Source: the human T2T-CHM13v2.0 reference genome, Homo sapiens. Taken from it: DNA of 64,000 nt. The stretch's first letter is position 1, and every line of letters begins with the position of its first letter. Both the position numbers and the translations under genes were made by a program. The stretch is taken from assembly GCF_009914755.1 (NCBI RefSeq), contig NC_060931.1; one strand, 5' to 3'. The notes under the pieces were generated by a model. It was not told where the DNA came from and searched no databases. It saw nothing but the letters and a program-made list of their open reading frames with translations. This document shows positions 27,340 to 39,627 of this stretch, piece after piece.

Positions 27340-28080
27340 ACAGGCGAACCACGACAGATGGCTGCGCGGCCTGAGGGCCGGCCTCCAGGCAGCCAGGGAG
27401 GAGCAGCTGCAAGTCCTGCAGTCTGTGAGACCCCCGAAGGGTCTGGGCCAGCATCCAAGGCTAAAGCCTTGGCTATCCTAACGCCGCAGTGGGGCACTTA
27501 AAGCTCCTCACGCCCAAGCCCAGGCCTGGTGGGAGCACGGTTCTCTCCCGCGCTCCCCCTCCTCCCCACTCCACGGCCACCCTTCCTTCCAATCGTCCCC
27601 CTGGAGTTCGTGTTGGAAGATGCCAGTGAGCACGTCTCAGGGCTCTACGCCTTGCGCGGATGAGTATGGGGTGACTCAGAGGGAAGGGGTGGTGGCAGAT
27701 GCCTGCAGCTGGCTCCCAGCCAGGTTTGGCCATCCTGCGTAAATGCCTGCCTTGGGTCTTGGCCTAATACTAAGGGCAAATCCCAAGAGGGGTGAGTGGG
27801 CTTCTGGAATCTGAGCAATTCTGCTTTCAAAACAGGTGAATCCCTAGGCCAGCCCGGCCCCTTCCCACACACCCCTACCCCGAGACGGGTGCAGAATCAG
27901 CAGCGGGGATCATCCAGAGACTCTCGCAGTCCACGGCAGGTGTCGGAGTGGGCCTCATTCCAGAGTTGTGGTGGCCGCTCCACCTGGCGAGCTTCGAGGG
28001 GACTCCGGCAGGCGCTCGCTGTGGGGTCCTCCCACCAGTCTTCTCAGCACAGGAACGGTGCCTTCACATTGGTCTTCCGG
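27340..28080. promoter_or_regulatory. CpG-enriched unique region, candidate enhancer or internal promoter
   Basis: Raised CpG density, AP-1 site TGACTCA at about 27672, no recognisable repeat. Confidence 0.35.
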
Positions 28081-29345
28081 GGCTTAAAAGCATATCATTC
28101 CTGCTTGCTCTTCAGATGCAAACTCCCCCTCCAAGGATACCTCCAGGTTCCCTGCCAGCTCACTTGACTCACATGGCAATGGTCACCGGGCTGCCTGAGC
28201 CCAAATCAAGCACCGTTTATTAGGGGGAAGCTCCGTTATCCAGAAAGCTCATCTTTGAAGAGCTACCCATTTCCTGCCAAAGTTGTGGCAGGAAGGCCTT
28301 AGGTACTAGAAAACCTTGGGGAATGGCAATTAAAGGATTATCATTCTTACTTATTTGTTTGGATAAGCAGCAATCACCCTTCGGATGCTTATTGGTGAGA
28401 ATATTTCTAAAAGTGTCCTGCACATTTCCCTGCTTTGATGAATGGAACGGCAGGGCAGGATTTAACTGTCTGATGGCTACGGTTTCGGGAAAGTGCCAGA
28501 ACCTCCACGTCAGCCACCCCAGAGCCACAGGCAGGGTATGAGCCACAGCAATGGGCCCCAAGAAAGAGCCCCACACCCACCATGGTCCACGGAAGACGCT
28601 GCTTACTGGCCCCGGGTTACCTGGAGTCATGTGCATTCTCCTTACATCAAGTGAAGATAATATTTTGTTTCCTTCCCACTTTTTCTCTAACACAAGCCAC
28701 CCCAGTTCTCCCTTCTGACAACAGGCAAGTGGACCCTAGTAGACCTTCCAGAAAAGCCTTAGAGAGCACCCCCAAATGCTCACATTTGTCAGCTGTAATT
28801 CCACCCTCAGTTAAAACCTGATTCTCAATGTGACTTGGCCAACGCAGCTTGCAAAGCAAGAACGTCTTCATCTAAGGTTGAAAACATCAGTTGTTTGGGT
28901 TGTGAGAAAAGAAAAGCCCACAAGGTTTCCGAGGCTTGGTGCTGTTTCTCACTGTCCTCAGCTCCTGATTCTGCAGCTGGTTCTCTCTCCAAGCACTAGC
29001 AAAACCCTGCCCTAGGAGCCCCCAGACTCTGAGAGCCCATGACCAAAAAGAAAAGGAAAGCCAAGTTGGGGAAGAACAGGGGCCCCCAACTCCACAGCCC
29101 TCCACTCTGCCCAGAGGGCCCACCCTGGGCTGCCTGGAACCCCCTAAAGTTGCCACCCCCGCAACACAGTAGTGGGGCAGTTCCTGGCAGCGCCTGCAGC
29201 CCATGGGCTGGCTCTGTACCCGCAGCCCCGCCAAGCGTCTGTTATCTTATTTACTGGAATCTGCACAGCCAGGCTCTAGCTCACCGGTGACTAAGGAGCT
29301 GCAGCCATTATTACCAGGCAGATGGCAGACTCCCTAAAAGCAGAC

Positions 29346-29435
29346 ATTAAACAATAAAATGCCACCACATACCTTGCCCACAAAATAAAATCAAAACAAA
29401 CACCTAAGTCTGGCTTTGCTTTTCTTCTGCTCTCT
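29346..29435 (+). terminator. Polyadenylation signal cluster: ATTAAA 29346, AATAAA 29353, AATAAA 29384, plus a GU/U-rich downstream element
   Basis: Three hexamers within 45 nt, followed by CA and gtctggctttgcttttcttctg. Confidence 0.6.
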
Positions 29436-32400
29436 CCCTACCTCCCCTGGGTCAGAGCACAGGGGGAGAGGTGCACGGGGCACCGAGAAGGAAATTTACG
29501 ATCGAGGAAGACCATACGGACATGCCCAGTGACCTTCAGAAGGTGGCAGTAGCAGAACCACCATGGGACCCCAGGTGGCGGAGAGGGCAGACCCTGTCCA
29601 TGTGTGACAGGTGGGGCAGAACCACCAGCTAGGACAGGTGGGATTGGAAGAACAAAGGAACGACAGGGACCCTGCAGAACCCACAGCCCTCTCGCCTCAG
29701 TCGCCTGATGAATAGTCAAAGTGCTAAGACCTGGAGAATTCCATCAAAAACTCAGTTGCTCCCACTGCTTTGGAAGGTGTTCTGCTGGGCTCTGCCAGGA
29801 CAGGCCACGGCTGACGGCTCACCTGAAGAGAGGGACCTGCTATTTATGAAGCATCTATTATGTGCTGGCAGCTGCCCCTTACTCCTGCAAGGCAGGTACT
29901 GTCTCCATTCTTAGAAGAAAAATCAGGCTCAGGAGAAGGAAATAATTTGCCCGTGGTAGCCAGGGGGTGAACAGCAGAATGCTCTGCCAGGCCCAGGCCA
30001 CGAGGCCTCTGGGGTGAAGAAGGAACACCCCCCAGTTCTTGGGCATCAGGTGCTTGTGATTCCATTCTATTTTTCTCTTAACTCATAATTCAGTAATTGA
30101 GGCTAGAGCTTTGCCATCTCACATTAAACCCTTTTAGGACTCCAGGGCCTTAACTCACACTTGTGGGAAGGATGTTTGGTTCAGGCCAATGAAAGGCTTG
30201 GCTGGAAAGCCCACAAAGCTGACAGGTGTGCAGGGCTGATGACAGGTCAGTGCACTGTCCCACTGGTGCCGGGCTGCTGAGGCTTCAGGACAAGCCTGCC
30301 CACTAGGAAGGGAGGGAAGGTATTGAGCCTTGAACGAGCCACTTGCCTGTAGGTCCAACCTAGGTTTCCTGCTACGTCACCAGCCCCCAACAAGAGCTAA
30401 AGGTAGGTTTTCACTACCGGACATTCACCATGTGGCTCATAAGTACAGTTGGAGGGACAACTTTGGAGTTGTCCGAGGGCCTGAGTTTGAGCTCTAGTTT
30501 GCCATTTACTGGTTATGCAATCTCAGTAAATTATTCAAATTCATGGAGCCTCAATTTCCTTGTGTAAAAGGGAAATCTCCCAGGATCATCATGAAAATTA
30601 TAATAATTAACATTCATGAAACTGCCACACATGGTGCCAGATGCCTAATAATCAATCAATATTTACCAAAATATGCAATACAGACAGCTAACAGCAGTGT
30701 AAGAGGTAACGTAGAGACAGATCCTTCTAAGAAATTAAGACCCCTACCTGACTGCATTAGGAGTCATCAATTGAATCTACCGACAAGAATTGAACACAAT
30801 TTAATACAAAGTAATGCATAAAACAAAAGTACAGGCATTCACCTTCATTAGGCCTGGGCTGAGTCTGAGAGGAGGTAAGGGGGTTTGTTAGAAGGGGGTG
30901 TGGTGAGACTGGTCTGTGGGGCATCTCTGGGGAGGAGAGACCTGAATACTTTTAAAGGAAGAAAAAGATCTATAGTTTGAAAGAGCGCTGTGAAGGAGTT
31001 GGATAAATCCAAGATGGATTCCATTAGTTAACAGCTGAGCTGAAAGAAGAACACAAAATTAGAAGCTGCAGTTCCAGGGACCCCTGGTTATCCAACACTA
31101 TGAAGTGAGGAGGTCAAGACCAAGCATCTTCCTCTTGTTGGAAAGGCCAATGCCTGGGACACAGGACTCAAGAGTTTGTTTTGCTAAAGTGCTGATGTTT
31201 AATTTCACCCTGGGACAGGACCTGAAGAGAAGCCAGAGCTGGGTAACAAACACGAAGACCAGGCTTAGGGACTGGGTCCACCCAACCTCAGTCCACCAGC
31301 CTCCGTTCCCCTCCACCACCCACCCCACTCCCAGCTTCAAAAGAACAGGCTGGACCGCAGGACACCTGGCTTCTCTTTCCAGCTGAATCCCTTTGTGACT
31401 TTAGGCAAAGAAGATTAAATATTTTAGATTTTCAATTATGTTCACTGAATTTAACCACTGAACCCTCAGTTTCCTCATTATAAGCGTGTGTCTCTCAAGG
31501 CCTACTACTGCTGGGCTGAAAAAAAAAAACCACACACACACACCTGAGATTTATCTAGTCCTTGGAAGTTTCCATGCAAGTTGGGGAAGCAGCTGGAAGG
31601 TGAGAAACCCCCAGACCTAAGAGGCCCACAGTGAGGCCCCTCGGGTGAGTTGGAGCCTGCCCAGGGTGTGTGGAGCCCCAGGGTGCCGGCTCACTCTGAC
31701 TGCGTCCCAGGGAGCTTCCCCCTCTCACTTACTCTCAACTATTCACACCTAGCAGTCCCCGAATTCTCGATTTATGTTTTGGGGCCTCCTGCCTGCATCC
31801 TGGTTGTATCCCTAGGCCTCTCCCCATCTTCCAACACCTACAATCCGTAACGCCATCAACGCTGGATTCCCTGCTAGCCCAGCCTTCTTCAATTGTTTAC
31901 TATCACCTTTGCTCTCCACCTGGGTTGAAAATTCAGATGCACAGAATCAAGCCTTCCCCCAGGAGGAGGGTCAAGCGACCCCCAGGTCACTCCTAATCAC
32001 CAGCACTCAAGGACCCCGAATCACAGACTTGAAGCAGACAGACAGCCTCTGGCTTACGGAAGGCGATTGTAAGGAAAAAAAAAAAAAAGGACATGGCTTA
32101 CTCAAAGTGCCATGCATCAATGTCACAGAAGGGCGACAAGAGGGATGCTGGGTGAGCTCCGAATCTAGTACTTTCCAGCCTGCAGCTCTACTTGTTGCTG
32201 CAAATTCACTCAACAGTCGGGGCTTCTGGTTCTCAGCCTCCCCCTCCTCCTCTCCACCAGACAGCAGTGACAGCCCACGGTTCAGCCACTGAGGAGGCCA
32301 TCTACGATCTTCTCTTCCTTCCCTTCCTCTCTCCCCCACTCCCCTCCCATCTGCTGCTTCTTTGGATTCCCCACAACTTCAGCAAGCAAGTAAGCGTTGG

Positions 32401-32997
32401 GCTCCACGCTCCGCAGGAGGCCAAGATACCCTTCAATGTATATGGGGTCAAGAGAGTCCCCAGAAAACTGTGGGCCATCCCCAAAGCCCCCACATCATCC
32501 CCAGTCTTTTCTGTTTGGGCCAAAGGTAATAAGTGATGACTCAGGAAGGGCAAGGCCAGGCAAAGAATGACAACTTCGCTAAGATTTCAGCTCCAGTAAG
32601 GGAAGTTCAAGCCAGGGTGGGAAGGCAGGGAGGAGACCCTGTACCCAGGACCCAGTGTGTGAGGCAGCTCTGCTCAGCCTGGCAGGGGAGGAGAGACAGA
32701 CTCAGAGAGGAATGGAGCTGAACACGCCCACACACATACCACCTTCACTAGTGATGCTCTTTAAATCACCAAGAAAAAGTTATGTAAGGAGAAAACATAC
32801 AGCTTCCGTGGAGAGAAGGAACATTTTGCTCAGCCTTGGGGTATCTGATTTAATAAGAGGCTCTTGGAGAACAAAGCCACAATTCAGCATCAGTCTTACA
32901 CACCAAGGAGACAAAGCATCGTGAGGGGGAAAACCGCACACCCAGGGACGCACAATCACTATGCATTTAGAAAGCCAGCTCCCGCAGGTCTGCTTAC

Positions 32998-33470
32998 TCA
33001 GCCCCAAGGGGTCCTGGAGGTCTTCTCTTCCAGATGCTAATAAGCAGTGCAGGCTTGTAAGCTGCTGGATGGCAGGATGCGAGTGACGGGGACGGGCGGC
33101 ACTCCCAGCTCTGACAAATCCTGCTGCCTCACTCGAAAGGTCCATCAGAGAAGGGGTTTCCCAGCCCCTTCAGCACAGGCAATTTCTAGGGTTCGGCTGT
33201 GCTCCGAGCTGCTGCCACTGCATGTCTGCAACAGATGGGGACCGGGGCTGGGTGTGTTCCCAGTCCCCAAGGCAGCGCAACAAGCGGCTGGCAGACAGCA
33301 TGGGCTGGCCTAAGACAGCGCAGGCAACGGTCTTGGTGGCTGGAGCTGCTTTGCTGCTCAAAATGCAGGCAGAGCTCGGGCAGATTCCCCCATTGACGGG
33401 ACTGCAGCAAACTGTCATTCCCACCTGTGTCAGGCGCTGCTGGGGAGGAAACTCCTTACCACACAGCAAG
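32998..33470 (-). other. PRKAG2: Probable alternative non-coding first exon of PRKAG2 (isoform initiating at MPLLDG in exon 2); 5' end approximate
   Basis: Strong donor GGCTGA|gtaagc (GT at 32997-32996). The exon ends in TGA, in frame with and 18 nt before the exon 2 ATG once spliced. A TATA-like TTTTAAAA lies about 30 nt upstream. This fits my recollection of an intron-1-initiated PRKAG2 variant, which I have not checked against a database. Confidence 0.72.
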
Positions 33471-33827
33471 CCAGCAGGAGGGAGGGCTGGACCGGAGCTT
33501 TTAAAAAGACAGGCAGCAGGATGGAGGGAGGCAGGAGCAGAGGCCGATGATGCAGCAGTGGACAGCTCTGGGCTCCAGGTCCTCTGGCCAGCACAACCCC
33601 TGCACTGTTCCCATCTAACTTCAGGCAAAGGCTTCAGAAATCTGAACTCCCTGGGGATTCCTGTCCTTGGAGCACAAAGATTGTGGGGGTTTTTTTCCCC
33701 TCTGGCCAGAAGGATGGGTATGGCTTTCCAAAAGGCTCTGGCAGTGAAATCCCCATTTACACTCCATTCCCCCAACTCCAACCAGACAGCCTGCAAACAT
33801 CATCCAGGAGACAACATGGTCTCTGCC
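33471..33827 (-). promoter_or_regulatory. Putative alternative PRKAG2 promoter with TATA-like CTTTTTAAAAG (33498-33508)
   Basis: Isolated AT box in GC-rich unique sequence immediately upstream of the candidate exon. Confidence 0.55.
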
Positions 33828-34329
33828 TATATCAGCCATGTCTCTGATTTTCTGTATTCTGATGCTTTGACACCTGGGGCCTTGCTGATCCTGGAGGGAC
33901 TGCCCTCCCAGGGCTGGGCAATTCCTGGAGATAGTAAGCAACTCATCTGTGAGCTTGCTTTTCCTATGCAAGCCAACCCACACAGACCCTTCCCCTCCTC
34001 ACCTCCTCCTGGGGGCTCTCACACCCCAGGCCATCACCCACTACCCAAATCACCCCAGGGCAGGTACCAGACAGCTAGGGACAGCCCCTGTACCCACAGT
34101 CCCCTAAAATTATTCACAGAAACCACAATAAAGTCTCTTGCCTGCATCTCCCCCTTGCTCCCTCTGCCTCCTGCCCAACCCCGTGCTTCCCCACGTGGCA
34201 GTGGTGTGCCTAGCCTCCTGCTTCCAGGGATCTGTGAGTATCATCAGTTCCTTCCTTCGTGACACTCATTCCTGAGTCTGCATGTCTTCCTGTACCTGAT
34301 TACAACAAATCCCAGGTGCCCTGAAAACA
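33828..34329 (+). mobile_element. MER74-like ERVL solo LTR
   Basis: ttttctgtattctgatgctttgacacctggggccttgctgatcctggagggactgccc...aataaag...caaatcccaggtgccctgaaaaca resembles the MER74 consensus as I recall it. Confidence 0.75.
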
Positions 34330-37300
34330 GGCTGTGGGGCAGAAAATGAACTTGAATTGTTAGGAGAAAATGAGGGTCCCCATTTCAGAACCCCGCCGTG
34401 TCCCTCATTAAATAAAACTTGCTCAGGACTTGAACTTCTCAGCAGTGGAGGAATTGCTTCCAAAGATATTGAGTGATCTGTTGCTGCAGGTATTCAAGAA
34501 AAGGAGGCTTCTTCCACGAGCCTGTGACTCAAAGGCTATGATTTAGTGGGCAAATGTGTTATTCAGGTAAGGTTGATGGCAACACAAGGTGGAAAAAGAT
34601 TAATGTGGATGACGTATTCAGGAAGGCTTCCTAGAGGGGACAGAAGGGCGTTGCATGGCCATCTACTAAGGCCCACGGACAAAAAGGCGGCTGAGTCAGC
34701 TGGGACTTTGGGGGGCCTCTGTAGGGGTTGGAAGTCCGTGGCTTTCTTAAAGTCACTTTCAGCCCAGGAGGGTACCAGGCAATCCAGCTGTCCACTCAGA
34801 GACCTGACAAATCACAGGCCTGGCGTGCTGTGGCCAGATAGCTCTAAGAACTCACAAGCCTGAGCTCTGCACTTGCCTACCTGAGCAGGCCATTTTAAGC
34901 GGAAACTGTTTTTTGTTTTTTTTTTGTCCGTAGAATGAGCCATGTGTTATGGGATGTTCCTCAAGGTCCCTTTCAGACCAGAGCATTAATATTCTGTGTC
35001 AACAACCCAGGTCCAAGTCCTGGATCAGTCATTTCTCTGAACCTCAGTTCTTCCTTTGAAAAACCAAGCTGAGTGGAAACACTTGCTCTGCACACCTCCC
35101 AGGGCTGCTGTTGGGATCATGGATGAACACGCATCAGGACAGAAATAAGCATCATCCTGGGATGTGCGGGATTATTCTGGAACCAGAGGGCAGTGCTAGC
35201 ATAAACCTGAGGTTTAGCAGAAAGCTGGCGCCATTTGGTGAAGATCGAAGGGCCAAACCTCCTGCAGCCTGCAGCCAGCCCCCCGGGCACCGATGCAAGT
35301 GGTCGACCAGAGATCCGGCCAATCTCAATATTTTCTCCTGCTGGTTCTGGAACTAGCCTTGCTGGGTGAGCTGGGCCTGTTTTATTTTCTGTGTGCTTTA
35401 TTCCAAAGCATACATACGAGCCTGAGGAAAAAAGCCTAATTGGTTTTCCTTGGAAAAGCTGGAAATGTCAGAGAAATGGGCTCCGTCGTCTAAAGGATTC
35501 AGAGGTTTGCTACGCTTGGAGACCAGCGTTTGAGAGTGACTTATGGGGTGTGATGATGCTGTAGTTCTCACGGCAGCAATTCCACGTCTCAGGGACCCAG
35601 GATCACTCATTAGAGATTAAGGAACATAAACAACTCCACTCCTGCTTGCAAGCTGCCCACCGCAAGCACGGTCACTGTCTTCACCTGCATTTCTCCTCGC
35701 TTCCAGAACCTCCACTGCACTCCGCATGCAGGTGGCTCTGAGCTTTCCACCTACTCTCCCTGGAGGGCGGAGTCAGCTGTCTTGAACAACAGAGCCTAGT
35801 AGATCACAGATACTTAGCAAAGCCTGAAGACCATTTTGGTGCATGGGGCTGGTGTCAGAATCAGAAGTGAAAAGGCAATGCCTTCCTGAAGCACATCCCC
35901 TCGGACTCACCCGCTCTAATTCATCCTCCTAAACTCTGTTTTTCAGGCATTACTCTTAGCACCCTCACCAGACAAAGCAATAACAAAACAGAACCAGAAA
36001 ACCTTCACTAGCTCCATGCCATCTACAGAACAAACCCCACTTCTTCAGCATGGGCTGCCAGGCCCACAGGAGCCTGGCCCACGGTCATCCTTCCACACCC
36101 CCAGGCTTCCCAAGGCTGTCAGGCCTCATGACCCTTGGGCCCCGCATGCAGGCACCCTCCTGACCCTAGAGCTTGGCATCCCTAGAAAGCCTAGCCCTGC
36201 CCCTAAAGCCCCTCCCTGGCACCTGTAGGTTATCACCAGGGCCCTCTCCTGGAACTCATGTTTTGAGTCTATTTTAAGTGCTGAGTATTTTACATATCCT
36301 CTCTCAACCTGCACAAAATACTGTCCATTTTATCGATAAGGAAATTGAGGCCCAGAGAAGTGGAGTCACAAAGGTTACAGAACACACAAGCTGCAAATCC
36401 AGGATTCGATCAAAGTGATGTTCCCCTCCCCAGCCTGGCTCCGTACAGCACATCCTAACAGGGCCACTGTCCCTTTATTCATTTTTGTTTATTTTTATCA
36501 TCTAGTTTTTCTGTGGCTCATGCTTGTTTATTACTTGCATAATTAAGAATAAGAGGAAGATACTCACACACCACAAGTTGAGAGTCCCCCTTTACAGGTC
36601 CAGCCTATAACATCTGAAATAAACAAAGTCTGCAGCAATACGGAAAGGATCAGGTACCACCTGAGTGTGCAGAAATGGGATATTGTCAAGTATGTTCTGA
36701 TAGAGCCAGACATTGGGGCCTTATGATATTACATAACAAGTCAAAACAGTGACTTCAAAGAATGACAAATGGCAAATGTGACAGGAAAATCTCAAATGAT
36801 GCATGGTACTGCCTGAGCTGTGTAAGTGGCCTAGAAAACTAGACATGCATGAGCACACATGTGTAAAAGGCGTGTCTCCAGCCCCCACCCCCCAACCCCT
36901 GAATAACAGACCTGGGTTAGATTTCTCAGCATCCCAGAAATCTAGCACAAATCTTTGCCAAATCCCATGCCGCCCTCAGCCCTTCACCTAAAAGTCAAAT
37001 GCTGCATGCCAAGCTCACGTCCCTGCGATGAGGCATTGCTATGCAGGACTACACCACTGCACCCCAGAACCCTGTGTCCAGAGCCAATCTCGGCACCAGG
37101 CCGGCAGGGCAGCTTGCAGAGGGAGTATCTGCAAAAGGGCTGATGGCAACTGCCCTGGGCAGAGACGCTGACCAATAAAGCCCATATTCTACCCCCCTTT
37201 TATGTGCCAATGCTGTCCCTGCCCTCACTGTCCTGCAAGATCTGTGCAGGGGAAAGCCAGAGGCCAGGGCAGCTGAAAGAAGAGGGAACCCCCTGGGCTC

Positions 37301-38973
37301 AAGGCCCAGCCTCATTGACCACACTTTTATTTCACTTGGGAGCTGGCAGCTGGGGATTCGGGGCACGGCATGCCACTGGCTGGGGCCAGCATTTGAGATT
37401 GACTGGGCCTGGTGGGATGTAGACGGTGTGGCATTTTACTTTGGAACCTCATTCCTATGACAGCTTGAGGCCAGTGCCCTGTACTCATGAACTCTGTGCA
37501 ATATGCCAGGTCCTGTGGTTGCTTCTGAAATATCCCAATTGGGAACCAATGTGCCAAAGAGGGCTGCTCTGCGCCGTGAACATCCTTGTTGAAATTCACA
37601 GCAGAGGGCTTGTCAATCAGCTCCCTGGCGAAATGAGTGGTGTGCAGAGTGAGTCAGGAGGATGGCACAGGCTGCAGCCCCCTTGGATAAAGAGACAGAG
37701 AATCTGGCCGGCCCGCAGCCCACCCAGCCCCGGTGACCTGGACGCTATTGGTCTTCATCCTCCACCTCCGAGGACCCAGCTGCTGCATCTGCTGTTAGCT
37801 AGACCAGTCCTGCCGGTCCTAACACCTCTGGGTCCTGCTCGGAGTGCATCTGCCAGAGGGCAGCGCTGAGACTTCCTCTGAGCTACAAGAACAGGTTGGA
37901 CCTGCCGCCTAAAATCGCCTGTAGGGATTTGGCAAACCCTGCTCTAGGATTTCCTTTTGTTGTCATAGGCCACCAGTCCCAAGGCTGTCAGGGGGACACG
38001 CAGCCTCACCCACCTCCAGTCGCTAGAGACTGCCAATATTTACCAAAGTAACCAGATGTTTGCTGAGTGGCTGTGCTGAGATTAGATTAGCTGAGAATAG
38101 TTCGCCCCCCTGCCCCTCCCTGGGTACCTCCATCCAGGTAGAACTAATAGTTCTAAAACTGCAGGATTGCAAAGACATTTGGAGTCATTAAGACCTTGTG
38201 TCCTGATTTTAATGGAGTCTAAACAAAAACAAACCAACCCCCGCAAAGGATAACAGTTTCTCTATCTTTCAAGGCCATGTTCTGACCACCTGAAGGTCTT
38301 GAGATACTTGGGCTACTGCCTGGAGCCTTACGGGTGAAAACCGGTCCCCTGAGCCTCAAATGTGGGATGGGGCCCCAGAGCCCTCTGTCCAAAGAAGTGC
38401 CGTGTGTACTGAGTGTGCATGCAGCTCCTGCGGTGGCTGACTTGTGTTTGGAGCATGTCACCTGCCCAATCAGGGACCCACCTCTACCAAATAAGCCAGC
38501 AGGTCTATAAACGCTAAGTCATATGTGATCAATCAGTTTAAGTGACGTGCCCAAGGTCACATGGCTGTGTCCTTAGAGGGCCAAGGCTAAGACCAGGTGT
38601 TCCTGATTTTATGCCAGCACCTGATAAGGAAGAGATATGCCTATCCACTGGAAAACCGGCTGAGACTTTGTCCCGTGACCCCACAGTGACTTGTCTAACT
38701 CCAGTCTGAACAAGCTCGATGTGTGCAGGGAGCAGAAGTGAGAGGAGGAAGGACTCGCTATTCACGCCGGCAGCTGGAACCTTTTTCTAAAAAATGGTGC
38801 ATGCCAAAAGGAGCTGATGGGCTTAGCATAAATTCAAGAGGGACAGGCTTAAGCATCTGTCAGAGCTTCACTCCTTCCAAGAACTTCTCTGACCTCGCTC
38901 CTACCCCCATCACGATTACTCCTCCACACCCACTGCCGTGGGCTCCTTTGACTTCCGTCATTTTGATGCTTGG

Positions 38974-39083
38974 GGCCCGGCCCCTGTGGCTTCTGCAGGG
39001 CACACTCTACTCGGAACACCGCTCCGTGGCCTGGCCCCTGTGGCTTCTGCAGGGCACACTCTACTCGGAACACCGCTCCGTGG
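38974..39083. repeat. 54-bp tandem duplication
   Basis: ggcccctgtggcttctgcagggcacactctactcggaacaccgctccgtgg at 38979 and 39033. Confidence 0.95.
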
Positions 39084-39417
39084 TCTCCAACTTCACGTCT
39101 CCCACAGGGTCAATGTCCAGTCAAGGCAAGAGCTCCTCAGACCTGATAAGCAGGAGCCACTGTCTGGAGATGGGCGCCACCTTCAACAGAAGGAACTTGG
39201 CACTTGGGAAGCCCCATTTTCTTTCCTCTTCCATTTTTTAAACAACAATAAGCCGGGCTTCTCTCCTAACCCTGAGGCCCACCCTGCCCTAGCAGCTCTC
39301 AGTGGCCCATCACCACTCCCGCTCTCTCTCTCGGCACCCCGTCTCCCAGTCAATGGATATTCTTAGGACCCCCCCCAGCCAGGTACCTGCCTCATGCTGC
39401 ATTGCTGGGACCCAAGA

Positions 39418-39627
39418 AAAGTAGAAGAGAGAGCCTCCAACCCCACGGACCTCAGTCCCAGCCAGAAGGAAAGTAGAAGAGAGAGCCTCCAACCCCACAG
39501 ACCTCAGTCCCGGCCAGAAGGAAAGTAGAAGAGAGAGCCTCCAACCCCACGGACCTCAGTCCCGGCCAGAAGGAAAGTAGAAGAGAGCCTCCAACCTCAC
39601 GGACCTCAGTCCTGGCCAGAAGGAAAG
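39418..39627. repeat. 52-bp minisatellite, 4 copies
   Basis: gtagaagagagagcctccaaccccacggacctcagtcccggccagaaggaaa starting at 39421, 39473, 39525 and 39577. Confidence 0.96.

Larger units (their letters stand above)
25075..29402 (+). ncRNA. PRKAG2-AS2: Probable spliced antisense lncRNA in PRKAG2 intron 1 (likely PRKAG2-AS2/LOC644090); 5' end approximate
   Basis: Plus-strand donors GGA|gtgagt (25150/25151) and a perfect CAG|gtaagt (26223/26224). Acceptors ttttcatgcag| (25959) or ttttcag| (25977). Clustered poly(A) signals near 29350-29390. The name and the 5' end come from memory of the locus. Confidence 0.5.

Noticed and set aside
33222-34262. 346-aa plus-strand ORF
   Set aside because: It spans the candidate promoter and a MER74-like LTR, has no recognisable domain, and is plausibly a chance ORF in GC-rich DNA.
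39418-39627. CRISPR-like regular repeats
   Set aside because: The units are head-to-tail with no unique spacers, and the context is a human intron. It is a minisatellite.
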